DNA of 64,000 nt from an uncultured virus (IMG/VR IMGVR_UViG_3300048587_001176) (taxonomy: Duplodnaviria > Heunggongvirae > Uroviricota > Caudoviricetes), in the IMG/VR virus record IMGVR_UViG_3300048587_001176, one strand, 5' to 3'. Position 1 is the first letter of the stretch; each line of letters starts with the position of its first letter. Under the pieces are notes generated by a model. The model did no database searches, was not told where the DNA came from, and saw only the letters and a list, made by a program, of their open reading frames with translations. The position numbers and the translations under genes are program-made. Shown here piece by piece: positions 27,566-36,826 of the stretch.

Positions 27566-28088
27566 CGCCGGCCACCCACTTCTGCGCGGCCTCGGCGACG
27601 CCTGGCTTGAGGTGGGCGATCTGGTCAGAGCCGATCGCCTTCCAGTCCACCCACTGGATCACCCACGGGCAGAAGCGGAAGTCGAAGTCGAGGGAGACCG
27701 CGAAGGCCTGCTCCTGGATCGTCAGCCACACGGCCTGCACCTCAAATGCGAGGTGGCGCATGGTGTAGCGCATGCCGTAGGAGCCCGACCAATCTCGGAC
27801 ACCCATCATGTCGATGACCCATTGCGGGGTGCCCGGCTTCAGCGCCTCGGTGAGGCTGTCCCACCAGGTGATTTCGGCGTCGATGATCGCCTCGTTCAGG
27901 CACTGGGCCGCCTCGGCGTGGAGGTTGTCCCAGAGGACGCGCTCGACGTTGCCGCCGCCTTTGCCCTCGTCGGTGTGGAAGTCGTAGAGCTCGCGGCGCA
28001 GCTCAGGCGATCCGGCCTGAGCGCCGGCCAGCGAAAGATGGGCGCGGTAAAGCAGCGCCCCGGGGTTCCGGTACGTGGTCATGGTCAT
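27558..28088 (-). CDS. hypothetical protein
   Basis: 176 aa; C-terminal DFDFRFCPW resembles PFDWELVPW of the neighbouring gene. Confidence 0.7.
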   Translation of the reverse strand: MTMTTYRNPGALLYRAHLSLAGAQAGSPELRRELYDFHTDEGKGGGNVERVLWDNLHAEAAQCLNEAIIDAEITWWDSLTEALKPGTPQWVIDMMGVRDWSGSYGMRYTMRHLAFEVQAVWLTIQEQAFAVSLDFDFRFCPWVIQWVDWKAIGSDQIAHLKPGVAEAAQKWVAGDE

Positions 28089-28102
28089 GTCCTTTGGGAT
28101 GG

Positions 28103-28648
28103 TTAGGCGGCTTCGCCGGTGACCCGGATGCGGGCGACGACAACGGCGAGATGGTCTTTGACCGCGTCGCTCGCGGTGAACGGAGGCTGGAGGGCGCCGG
28201 AGGCGCGCTTCATCCGCTCCATCTCGGCGGTCATGGCGGCGATGGGGTCGGGCCCTGCCAGCAGCTTCTCCAGGTCAGCCCACTCGAGAGACGCGTCGTT
28301 CTCGATGCTCGTCGTGTTCTCGTCGCCGGCGTACCAGACGTCGACGTCGGACGGACCGTCGACGCCCTCGTAGCTGTGCTTGTAACCCAGGCCTAGCGCC
28401 TTGCAGGCCTCGATCACTTCGTCCGCGTTGGCATACCTGGTCGTGCCGCTGAACTCGGGGTAGGTGCCCTCGACCAAGCACTTGGCGATGTAGGCCAAAA
28501 TCGGCTCGCGCTCGGCCGTTGCCCCAGGGCTGTAGTCGTAAGAGTCGCTAAGGTCATTGCTCACCACAGCGTTGACCAGTTCGTCTAGGTCATCCACGGT
28601 CTCGATGTGGCCGTGAATGGTTATTGAGCACCAAGCGTCGTGGCTCAA
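28103..28648 (-). CDS. acidic hypothetical protein
   Basis: TTG start after GGAGA. Confidence 0.7.
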   Translation of the reverse strand: MSHDAWCSITIHGHIETVDDLDELVNAVVSNDLSDSYDYSPGATAEREPILAYIAKCLVEGTYPEFSGTTRYANADEVIEACKALGLGYKHSYEGVDGPSDVDVWYAGDENTTSIENDASLEWADLEKLLAGPDPIAAMTAEMERMKRASGALQPPFTASDAVKDHLAVVVARIRVTGEAA

Positions 28649-28684
28649 GGGGATCTCCTTCGGTGCATGGTTGCGGGGGTTAGC

Positions 28685-29149
28685 TCAGCGCCGGTCGATG
28701 ATGCTGAGGTCGTGGATTGCGATCGCCTTGATCGCTAGGCTGATGCCCTTTGCGGCCATCTGCCGAACTTCGTGGACGGCGTCCTCATCGCTGTCGAAGA
28801 CCGGTTCTGGGACACCGCTCGCGCGGTGGTCTGACATGTCGTCGACGCGCTGGATTTCGAGGAACTCTCCGGTGTCGAAGATCTCCCAGCCCTGCGAAAG
28901 GGCCTCAACCGAGTCGGCTTGGGTCCACTTACCCAGGGCGGCGAGCTGACCACGAAGGATGGGCAGGCGCTCCATGTCGATCTCCGTGAGGTCAACGCGA
29001 TGCGGCTCGCCGCTGCCGTCCTTCTCCAGGACTTCGAACACGTCGGCCGTGGTGTCCTCTTTGCGCTGGAACGCCTTTGCCTTGCGGGCCGCCTCCTCCG
29101 GAGAGTGCGCCTCGATGTCCATCTGCCAAGTGACGAGGTACTCAGGCAT
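28685..29149 (-). CDS. hypothetical protein
   Basis: YLVTWQMDIEAHSPEEAARKA N-terminus. Confidence 0.7.
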   Translation of the reverse strand: MPEYLVTWQMDIEAHSPEEAARKAKAFQRKEDTTADVFEVLEKDGSGEPHRVDLTEIDMERLPILRGQLAALGKWTQADSVEALSQGWEIFDTGEFLEIQRVDDMSDHRASGVPEPVFDSDEDAVHEVRQMAAKGISLAIKAIAIHDLSIIDRR

Positions 29150-29336
29150 CCTCGTCCTCCTCGCTCTCCTCCGGGACGACGTAGCCCGGCTCGCTTTCGC
29201 TGTAGGACATCCAGCCGTCGAACTCCTCGAGTGCCAGCTTAAAGGCGTCGAGCTCGGCTTCGGTCGCGAACTCGTAGGTCTTCGCGCTATCCCCGGGTTC
29301 GGGCATCTCGCCCCACAGGATGGTTATCGCGGGCAT
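29142..29336 (-). CDS. small very acidic protein
   Basis: MPAITILWGE...YEFATEAELDAFKLALEEFDGW. Confidence 0.65.
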   Translation of the reverse strand: MPAITILWGEMPEPGDSAKTYEFATEAELDAFKLALEEFDGWMSYSESEPGYVVPEESEEDEDA

Positions 29337-29695
29337 CAGTCGTCCTCCTCCTCGCTCTCGTGCTGGTCGGCGCAGTCGCCGCACATGCCGTCATAGCCCT
29401 CGCCATCTTCGAGGGAGGCGCGGCACTCGCTGCACAGGTCGGCCTCGCCGTCGGTCACGTAGACCCAGGCCATGACGTAGGCGCCATCGTCGCTGACCGA
29501 GACCGGCGCATCGTCCTCGATCTCGTAATCCTCACCGAATGGGTCGGCCGCCGCGGAGCGATAGGCGGCGTCGTTCCGGCCAGGGATGGCGTCGGTACGT
29601 AGCCGCTCGGCGAGGGTGATGTCTTCGGCTTCACCGTGCTGCCGCAGGGCGCGGCCGACACGGTTCATTTCATCGTCAGTGAGGCTAAGCCACAT
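29336..29695 (-). CDS. acidic protein with C-terminal zinc ribbon
   Basis: EIEDDAPVSVSDDGAYVMAWVYV; CSEC...CGDC; GGAGA RBS. Confidence 0.7.
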   Translation of the reverse strand: MWLSLTDDEMNRVGRALRQHGEAEDITLAERLRTDAIPGRNDAAYRSAAADPFGEDYEIEDDAPVSVSDDGAYVMAWVYVTDGEADLCSECRASLEDGEGYDGMCGDCADQHESEEEDD

Positions 29696-30134
29696 GACGT
29701 TCTCCTTTCTGGGTTTGCAGGGGGTGAGTGCCGCAGGATAGGTGGGCCAGCTCCATCGGCCTGAACCAATTGGTGGCGAAGCGGCAGTCGGTGTGTTTGT
29801 CGCGGAGGGTCCATCGCCCCTCGACCAGGACGCCGGTGCAGAAGATCTCGGCCTGCCAGCGATAGGGATGGAAGCCCTCGTCGTCTTCGCCGACCTCGAC
29901 CTTGATCGTCTCGCCGCAGTCGTACTCCAGTTCGAACGACCCCAAGAGCGGGAGCAGCTTGGCGACCTCGAACATGCGTCGGGCAAGCTGCCCGACGTCG
30001 CGCTGGGTGAGTGCAAGGTGAACGGCGATGTAGCTGGGGAAGTATTCGCCCCCGTCATTCATCTCGGTGAAGATCCCGGTGTCGTCTTCGTCAGCCTGTT
30101 GGCTGGCGAAGAGCACGAACTGGTCGTCGCTCAA
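29685..30134 (-). CDS. hypothetical protein
   Basis: Probable TTG start overlapping the upstream stop. Confidence 0.6.
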   Translation of the reverse strand: MSDDQFVLFASQQADEDDTGIFTEMNDGGEYFPSYIAVHLALTQRDVGQLARRMFEVAKLLPLLGSFELEYDCGETIKVEVGEDDEGFHPYRWQAEIFCTGVLVEGRWTLRDKHTDCRFATNWFRPMELAHLSCGTHPLQTQKGERHVA

Positions 30135-30778
30135 TGGAGTGCTCCTTTCAGCGCCCCCCATTGTTCGGCCATCGCCTCAGCGATGCCCGGCGCAATCAGG
30201 GAGCGACGCGCGCCCCGGGAAGGGCTGCGCTGCTCACGGTCTTGCCCGCTCGCCGTCTGGTTGGCGTAGCGGGCACGGTTGATGGGCTGGGTCGGCCGCA
30301 ACAGCGGCAGGTTGTCGAGCCAGAGGTGGGTGGTCTTCTTGTGGTCGTCCCCGAACATGGAGGGGTCGATCACCTGGTCGCGGCGGCGCAGACGGCCGCC
30401 GATCGCCCCGGGCGGGTTCTCCATGCAGCGCATGGGAATGTGCCGGAGGTTCAAGATCTTGCTGACGAACTCGAGGGCTGCCTCGGTCTTCGCCAGGCGC
30501 TCGGGCCTGACGTTGTTCCAGTGCAGGCCAGAGCGGGCCAGGTAGGTGCAGGGAGGGAAGGCGATCAGCAAGTCCCAGGGCTCGCCATCAGGCGTGCCCC
30601 GCATCGCGACGTCGATCAGGTCGCCGACGATGTGGAAGTCTGGGAATTGCTGCGGGGGATAGAGCCACCACTCTTGCGAGTCGGGGCCGAGGATGTCGTT
30701 GGAGTAGGCGTTATGGCCGCGGCGTCGGAAGGCATCACGCACGCGGCCGCTCAGTTCACAGCCGGCGAGGACGTTCAC
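30131..30778 (-). CDS. phage C5-cytosine methyltransferase-like protein
   Basis: VLAGCELSGRVRDAF..RGH, WDLLIAFPPCTYL, MENP, KKTTHLWL, GIAEAMAEQW. Confidence 0.8.
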   Translation of the reverse strand: MNVLAGCELSGRVRDAFRRRGHNAYSNDILGPDSQEWWLYPPQQFPDFHIVGDLIDVAMRGTPDGEPWDLLIAFPPCTYLARSGLHWNNVRPERLAKTEAALEFVSKILNLRHIPMRCMENPPGAIGGRLRRRDQVIDPSMFGDDHKKTTHLWLDNLPLLRPTQPINRARYANQTASGQDREQRSPSRGARRSLIAPGIAEAMAEQWGALKGALH

Positions 30779-31065
30779 GGCGGAGAAATCTCCTCCGCGA
30801 TTTCGAAGGACATGTCGCCGTAGGCGTCGGCCGGCCCGTAGAAGGAGATTGCCGGTGAGAGGCTGCACCCGGGGAGGTCTGGGTCGTCGTACTGCCGGCC
30901 CGAGACGTCGACGCTTTCCTCACTCGGAGAGCCGTCGCCGGTCGGTATCTCCCCGCCCTGGCCTTCGGAGTAGGTGGCGAGGAAGAGCTTTTTGGCCTCC
31001 TCGACACTCGCCGCCCGTATATAGGCGGTGCCGACGATCTTCACGTCGATGCTGTAGACCTTCAT
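30775..31065 (-). CDS. hypothetical protein
   Basis: 96 aa, AGGAG RBS. Confidence 0.65.
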   Translation of the reverse strand: MKVYSIDVKIVGTAYIRAASVEEAKKLFLATYSEGQGGEIPTGDGSPSEESVDVSGRQYDDPDLPGCSLSPAISFYGPADAYGDMSFEIAEEISPP

Positions 31066-31074
31066 TGGCGGCTC

Positions 31075-31464
31075 CTATTTCCTGAGAACTGCGAACCGCG
31101 ACCGGGCGGCGACAAAGCCGTCGACTACCAGCCGGCCGGATGGGTGTGCGTCGATCTTGAAGCGAACCCGCTTCCCGTCCTCGCTGCCGCCCCAGCCGGT
31201 GATCTTCAGGGTGACGTTGGCCTCGCCCTCGGCGTTAACCTCGTCCTCGCTGCCGAACTCGACAGCGAATGCGCTGATGCCGTTCTGGAGGGCCTGCACG
31301 GTCTGCTCGATGCCGATCTCCTGGGAGAGCCAGTGCAGCATGTTGCAGAGCATGTCGGAGAAGACGGTCTCTGGGCCGTCGCCATCGGGCTCGATGGTGA
31401 GGCCTTGCTCGTCTGCAAAGGCCAGCAGGAAGTCGATCACGCTCAAGGCGCGGTCGGTATTCAT
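31075..31464 (-). CDS. hypothetical protein
   Basis: SDMLCNMLHW motif; start MNTDRA after GGAGAG. Confidence 0.65.
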   Translation of the reverse strand: MNTDRALSVIDFLLAFADEQGLTIEPDGDGPETVFSDMLCNMLHWLSQEIGIEQTVQALQNGISAFAVEFGSEDEVNAEGEANVTLKITGWGGSEDGKRVRFKIDAHPSGRLVVDGFVAARSRFAVLRK

Positions 31465-31901
31465 GGTCTCTCCTTTCGGGTGAGGCCCCATAGCTCGTGG
31501 GCCAGGAGCTTGCTGATTGTCTGGGTGCCTGCCATCGCGGCGTTCATCCGGCGGAGCCAGACGACCTTGAGGGGGCCGACGTCCTGGATGGCGGCGATGA
31601 GGATGGAGTGACGGCTCGTCCGCATGTCCCACTCGAGCGCTGTGAGCACTGCGGTAGGGATGGAGCCGGGCCCGGTCTCGATGACGTGCGTCCAGGCCTG
31701 GAGCTCGTGCGCCTTGCCCTCGAAGGTGACCATGAGGAGCTCGGGGATCACGAATTTACGCCCCCCGATGCGGCTACGGCCGTCGCGGGTCGGGTACTCG
31801 AAGAGCTCGTCCTGATTGTAGAGGTTGTAGAGGAGCTCCCATCCAGCTTTGCGGGCGCGGCGCATCTTCTCGCCGTGCCCGAAGGGGGTCTGGTGTTTCA
31901 T
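31461..31901 (-). CDS. hypothetical protein
   Basis: 146-aa ORF. Confidence 0.65.
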   Translation of the reverse strand: MKHQTPFGHGEKMRRARKAGWELLYNLYNQDELFEYPTRDGRSRIGGRKFVIPELLMVTFEGKAHELQAWTHVIETGPGSIPTAVLTALEWDMRTSRHSILIAAIQDVGPLKVVWLRRMNAAMAGTQTISKLLAHELWGLTRKERP

Positions 31902-31910
31902 CGTGGTTCC

Positions 31911-32435
31911 TTAGTCGAGAAGGCCGATCGCCATCACGGTGACGGCGTATCGGAGGGTCGTGGTCGACCACTTGGCGTCGTCGGTCACGAGGATGCGGCG
32001 GCGCCGGGCTAGTTCGGTCGCCTTGGCGTTCGGGCTGGCATGGCCGGTGGCGTCGAGGACGATGCGATACTCGTGCTCGCCGCTCACATTCAGGGCGCAG
32101 CCGGGCGCCACCATGCTGATGGTCACTCCGACCTCGAGGTTGGTGCCGGGGTAGCGCTTCATGAACCGCTCGGCCGACGCGGCGTCGTTGCGCGGGCCGG
32201 CCATGCACTCATCACAGGCCGAGTACCAGCGGCTCAGTTTGTGCGGCAGCTTCTTCCGCCGGTAGAGCTCGAAGACGGAGGTCGAGGAAAGGTAATCCCC
32301 GACCAACACAACGCCCGCCGGCGAGGCTGCGTCCACTAGCAGCTCGCCGGGGTCGCCGAGGCTGACGTTCACCTCAGCGACAATGGTCTTGGCGAGCAGC
32401 CGCCCCATGTCTTTGTCGATAAGGAGGCGCTTCAT
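31911..32435 (-). CDS. hypothetical protein
   Basis: Start MKRLLI overlapping the vWA gene stop. Confidence 0.6.
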   Translation of the reverse strand: MKRLLIDKDMGRLLAKTIVAEVNVSLGDPGELLVDAASPAGVVLVGDYLSSTSVFELYRRKKLPHKLSRWYSACDECMAGPRNDAASAERFMKRYPGTNLEVGVTISMVAPGCALNVSGEHEYRIVLDATGHASPNAKATELARRRRILVTDDAKWSTTTLRYAVTVMAIGLLD

Positions 32436-33604
32436 GGCTGGATGTGCACCGCGTCCCCGAACGGGGTCTTGGCGCTGTTCTCGGCGAACTCCTTCGCCGT
32501 GCCCCACATCGTCCAGATGACGGGGCAGCTCGGCTCCTCGCCGAAGTCGTAGACGTAGAGGTCGGTCAGGTAGATCACCGCCGCTGCGTTGGGGACGTTC
32601 TCCTTGACCCAGGCAAAGGTGTCGGAGAAGGCGGTGCCGCCGCCGCCGACGGCTTCCATCTTGAAGATGTCGCCGCGGGCATACTCGGCCGCCTTCTTCA
32701 CCTCGGCATCGGCATAGACGACGTGGATGCGGTCGATCTGGCCGCCGTCGAGCAGGGCAGCGACCTCGGCGGTGAAGGCGGCGAGGATTTCGGGCTCGGA
32801 CCAGATCGAGCCCGAGGTGTCCACGGCGACGACAAGCTCGTCGATGCCGTTGGCGATGACGCCGGGCAGGTAGAGGCCGGCATGCAGATGGCGCCGATTA
32901 GGACGCGACCAGGTGGCCTCGGTGATCGACAGCGATCGCGCCACGAGGCGACGCAGCTCGTCGGCCCAGTTCACCTTCGGGGCCGTGATCTCGTCGACCA
33001 GGCGCTGGAGGTAGCCGGGCAGCACGCCGGCGTTGCGCGCCTTGCTGAGGTTGGCGGCCTGCCGCACCCTGATCTGGGTAGCGGCCCGCAACTCGGCCTG
33101 CTTGGCCTCGTCGTGAGGCGCGGCCCCGTCGATGACACCGCCGCATCCACCGGGATCATTGCCATTCTTGCTGCCCCCACCGTCCTTCGGAGGGTCGGGC
33201 ATCCGGGCGTAGATCTCCTCGGCGGACATACCGGCGTAGCTGGGGTCGTGCAGCCCGCCTTCGGGCATCTTGCCGATCTTGGCTTCGATGAGCGTACCGT
33301 TGATGGCGTAGTCGGCCGCCATGTTCCACTTCTTGGGGTCACGCTCACGCCGGCGGATGTGGTGCTCGAGCGCGTCATGCATCACCTCGTGGGCGGCGAC
33401 GAACATCATCTCATCCTCGTCGAGGCTCTCGACGAAGGGCGGGTGGTAGTAGAGGTGGCTGCCGTCGGTCGCCATCGTGCCGACGACGGCAGGGTCGTCG
33501 ACCCGCACCGGCTTGAGGTGCGCAAACAGCACGCCGAAGAACGGCTGCTTGTTCAGGATCAGCCGCAGCTTGGCGCGTTCGATCTTCTTGAGGGTGTCGT
33601 CCAT
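32432..33604 (-). CDS. DUF2201-type metallopeptidase-vWA protein
   Basis: TMATDG, AHEVMH (HExxH), WNMAADYAIN; VAVDTSGS, GGGGTAF, YLTD (MIDAS). Confidence 0.9.
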   Translation of the reverse strand: MDDTLKKIERAKLRLILNKQPFFGVLFAHLKPVRVDDPAVVGTMATDGSHLYYHPPFVESLDEDEMMFVAAHEVMHDALEHHIRRRERDPKKWNMAADYAINGTLIEAKIGKMPEGGLHDPSYAGMSAEEIYARMPDPPKDGGGSKNGNDPGGCGGVIDGAAPHDEAKQAELRAATQIRVRQAANLSKARNAGVLPGYLQRLVDEITAPKVNWADELRRLVARSLSITEATWSRPNRRHLHAGLYLPGVIANGIDELVVAVDTSGSIWSEPEILAAFTAEVAALLDGGQIDRIHVVYADAEVKKAAEYARGDIFKMEAVGGGGTAFSDTFAWVKENVPNAAAVIYLTDLYVYDFGEEPSCPVIWTMWGTAKEFAENSAKTPFGDAVHIQP

Positions 33605-33665
33605 TGGTCTCTCTCTGGTGCACAGGTGCGGGGGAGGGGCGGCGCCGAAGCGCCGCCGCCAGTCG

Positions 33666-34667
33666 TCACATCGTGACGTCTTGGTTCTTCTTCGCCCACT
33701 CGATGAAGGCCCCGGTATGGGTCAGGGCAGGGTCACGCCGGCAGGCGTCGACCACCACCATCGTCGCGAACTCCCGGGGCATGCGGTTCAGGTAGCGCAT
33801 GATGTTCTGGAAGTTGTCCGACTTGGCCCGCGAGGCCAGGGCCGACGAGATGGCGTAGCGGGCAGCGACCTCGTCCTCGCTCGGCACCTTCGCGCCGTCG
33901 GGATCGAGGATCACCTGATCGATCGCCGGCAGCTGCTCGTAGGTACGGAGGAAGCCGTCGAACTCGGCGGCGAAGTCGTCACCGACGATGCCTGCCACCA
34001 AGTGCAGGCGACGGCTCGCCGGCTTCTCGGCGTACTTGGCGGCCTGCTCCCACGAACGCGGCGAGGGGAAGGCCATCGCGTCCGTCTTCTTCATGTCGTG
34101 GAGGAACTTGCCCTCACGGAAACGGTGGAAGGCGATCATCAGGGGGTGAACGCCGCTGGCGTTGGCCCACTCGGTGAACGACTCGAGGTCGGGCTCGATC
34201 TCGATGTGAGCGAAGCGGTTGGCGAGCGCCGTCGGCATGCGCTGGGCTGCCGCCCGGTCGGACTGGCGGTTGCCAGCGGCGACGATCACCCAGCCCGGAG
34301 GCAGCTCGTAGGTGCCGACCTTGCGGTCGAGGACGAGGCCGAAGCAGGCGGCCTGCATCAACGGGGACGCGGCGTTGATCTCATCCATGAAGAAGATGCC
34401 CCGCTCGCCGTCGCGGTCGGCGCGGGGCAGGTCGTCGGGATGAAGCCACTTGGCGAAGTCGCCGTCGATAGACGGGATGCCGCGAAGGTCGACCGGATCG
34501 CGCAGCACGGCGCGGAAGTCGATTAGGTTCCAGCCGCGACGCTGCGCCGACTGCTTGACGATGGACGACTTGCCCACGCCCGGAGCGCTCCAGAGCATGG
34601 CCGGGGTGTTCTCGTCGATGTAGTCCTCGAGCAGGAGGGCGGCGTGTTTGATGGTGGTTGCAGGCAT
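33666..34667 (-). CDS. MoxR-like AAA+ ATPase
   Basis: SAPGVGKS, DPVDLRGIP, FMDEINAA, AAGNR, ALANRF, PSPRSWE; start MPATTI after GGAGA. Confidence 0.9.
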   Translation of the reverse strand: MPATTIKHAALLLEDYIDENTPAMLWSAPGVGKSSIVKQSAQRRGWNLIDFRAVLRDPVDLRGIPSIDGDFAKWLHPDDLPRADRDGERGIFFMDEINAASPLMQAACFGLVLDRKVGTYELPPGWVIVAAGNRQSDRAAAQRMPTALANRFAHIEIEPDLESFTEWANASGVHPLMIAFHRFREGKFLHDMKKTDAMAFPSPRSWEQAAKYAEKPASRRLHLVAGIVGDDFAAEFDGFLRTYEQLPAIDQVILDPDGAKVPSEDEVAARYAISSALASRAKSDNFQNIMRYLNRMPREFATMVVVDACRRDPALTHTGAFIEWAKKNQDVTM

Positions 34668-34683
34668 TGTGATCTCCGAGGTG

Positions 34684-34962
34684 TCAGGATTGACGGTTGA
34701 GGGGCAGGAGGCCGTCGCGCACTGCGGCGGCGATGAGCGTGAGCGTGATCGTCCAAGGGGCGATCTGATCTTTGAGGAAAGTGCCGTTCGCCTCGCGGCG
34801 GACAAGGCGTGTCCACATCTGTTCGCCTTGCCGGGTCAGCACCCAGATGCGCTCGGCGCTACGGGCCGACGCGTCGGTGAAGGTGAGGGTCCACGACTGG
34901 CCGTCCGGCGCAGCGCTGAAGTGCCGCGCCGGGGTGAAGGTCTTGGCGCTGATCGTGGCCAT
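34684..34962 (-). CDS. hypothetical protein
   Basis: 92-aa coupled ORF. Confidence 0.6.
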   Translation of the reverse strand: MATISAKTFTPARHFSAAPDGQSWTLTFTDASARSAERIWVLTRQGEQMWTRLVRREANGTFLKDQIAPWTITLTLIAAAVRDGLLPLNRQS

Positions 34963-35168
34963 CAGTCCCAGGTGAAGAAGATGACTTCGGTGTCGACCTC
35001 CATCACGTAGCCGGTAGGTAGGCCGAGGACGCTGCGCACGGCAGCGGCCTCCGCCTTCGCTTCGTCGCGGGTGCTGGCCCGCAGCTCCCGCTCCTCGAAC
35101 TTCTGGTTGTTCTGCACCACCCAGTGCATCACGAACTTGGCCGGGTTGGCCTGCTGGGCTTCGGTCAT
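34962..35168 (-). CDS. hypothetical protein
   Basis: 68-aa coupled ORF. Confidence 0.6.
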   Translation of the reverse strand: MTEAQQANPAKFVMHWVVQNNQKFEERELRASTRDEAKAEAAAVRSVLGLPTGYVMEVDTEVIFFTWD

Positions 35169-36067
35169 ACGAGGTAAGCTCCGATCTGGTCGATGATGGC
35201 CTGGGCCTTGGCCTTGGTCTCGTCGCGCGCGGCCTCGCTGTTGCGCAACGTGTCGGGTTCGAAGCGGGCGAGCTGCTGAAGCTCGCCGGCGATGCGGTCG
35301 AGTTCCGGGTTACCGGTGATGTTGAGGGACGGCATGATGTTGCAGAGGTCGCGGACGTTCAGCACCAGCGAGTCGCGGAAGTAGCCCTCGGTGCGCTCAC
35401 CCTTCTGGGTCGCGGGTTTGAAGGCGGTCAGGCGCTCGACCATCTTGCTGGCCACGTCGTGGACCCGCTCGTAGACCTGCTTCACTGCGGTGTTGGTCGC
35501 GGAGGTGATCGACGCCTCGATCTGCTCGCGGATAGCGGCCGCCTGATGCTCGCTCATCTGCACCCGGAAGTCGTCGGCCGACGGCGCCGGCATGATGTCC
35601 ATCGCCATGTCGAAGCGGTGGCGCAGGTCGTAGGCGTCGGGGAAGTCCTTCGGGTCGAACATGTCGCCCATCCGGCGCTGAGCGTCGGCGGTGTAGGCGG
35701 GGTACTTGGTCAGAAACTCGTCGACCGCGTCCCTGAACTTCTGCTTCTGCCCCCGAAACCATTCGGAGTGGGCGAAGAAGCCGTCGGCCCGCATGATGCG
35801 GCTGCCGTCGTTCAGCCAGGGCAAGGTGCGCTTGATGAAGTCGTGGCGGGTGGCGCTCACCACCTTGTTGATGCCCTCCAGCGCCTCCTTGGGCAGGAGG
35901 TGCTTGTTGAAGTTGCCGGCATCCTTGGCGGCGTTCTTCTGGGCCGTCACCTCTTCGGTCACGCGCCGGTCGAGGCGCTGGGCCGACCACTGGCTGATGG
36001 TGAGGGACACCACCATCGCACGGGTGGCGAGGGCGTTGCTGACGGACATGGGGGTAATGGCGTTCAT
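35165..36067 (-). CDS. DUF3150-like protein
   Basis: LTISQWSAQRLD, KRTLPWLNDG.RI, DFP, FRDSLV.N...LNITGNPEL; next to AAA/vWA. Confidence 0.75.
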   Translation of the reverse strand: MNAITPMSVSNALATRAMVVSLTISQWSAQRLDRRVTEEVTAQKNAAKDAGNFNKHLLPKEALEGINKVVSATRHDFIKRTLPWLNDGSRIMRADGFFAHSEWFRGQKQKFRDAVDEFLTKYPAYTADAQRRMGDMFDPKDFPDAYDLRHRFDMAMDIMPAPSADDFRVQMSEHQAAAIREQIEASITSATNTAVKQVYERVHDVASKMVERLTAFKPATQKGERTEGYFRDSLVLNVRDLCNIMPSLNITGNPELDRIAGELQQLARFEPDTLRNSEAARDETKAKAQAIIDQIGAYLV

Positions 36068-36100
36068 TCGTTGGTCTCCGAGTGCCGCATGATCGCGGGG

Positions 36101-36826
36101 TTATTGGCCTTGGAAGGTGCTGATGGCCCAATGGGCCAGCAGCTCGTTTGCACCCTCGCGACAGGCGTCGAGGGTAAGGTATCGCCGGTCCAGGTCGTCG
36201 GCGGTCCGGCAATCGGGCTCCCTGAAGGTCAGGGTGATCTCGACGAGGGGCTCCTCGCGCCACGGGTTGGCCGTGTCGTTGGTGTCGAGGTAGGCGATGT
36301 CGATGCCGTACTCGTACTTGCCGTCGAGCACCTGATCTTGGTGCTCGTCGAGCTCCTCGCGCTCCTTGTCGTCGAGCTCATCGCGCAGGTTCCAGACGGC
36401 TTCGCCGACGTCATGGTCGACCTCGTCTTTGGTCTTGCCCAGCTTGTCGGCGGCGTACTCGTAGAGGGCCAGCCGACGCTGAGGATCGGTTAGCTCGGCG
36501 ACGGCCTCGGCCAGCGTGGCGTGCTCCATGAGGAAGGATTTCAGGGCCTCATAGCTCTGCTGCGCAACGCTCTCCTCCAGCCGCTTCGGCAGCCAGCCGC
36601 TGCCGTAGGAGCTGCTGACGTGCCCGGTGAAGGCGATTGCCACGCCACCGGAGGCGTTGGGCCACATGGAGCGATAGCCGTCGTCTGACACCAACTCGAC
36701 GTCGGTGCGGGCGATCTCGTCGTAGCTCCCGAACGTCGACCTCATCTCGTCGGTGAAGGTGGCGGCCCACTCGTCGACTTCGAGAAATGCCTCGGGGATG
36801 TCGACGGCCCTGCGCCCCGCCATCAT
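36101..36826 (-). CDS. very acidic hypothetical protein
   Basis: 241 aa, D/E-rich. Confidence 0.7.
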   Translation of the reverse strand: MMAGRRAVDIPEAFLEVDEWAATFTDEMRSTFGSYDEIARTDVELVSDDGYRSMWPNASGGVAIAFTGHVSSSYGSGWLPKRLEESVAQQSYEALKSFLMEHATLAEAVAELTDPQRRLALYEYAADKLGKTKDEVDHDVGEAVWNLRDELDDKEREELDEHQDQVLDGKYEYGIDIAYLDTNDTANPWREEPLVEITLTFREPDCRTADDLDRRYLTLDACREGANELLAHWAISTFQGQ

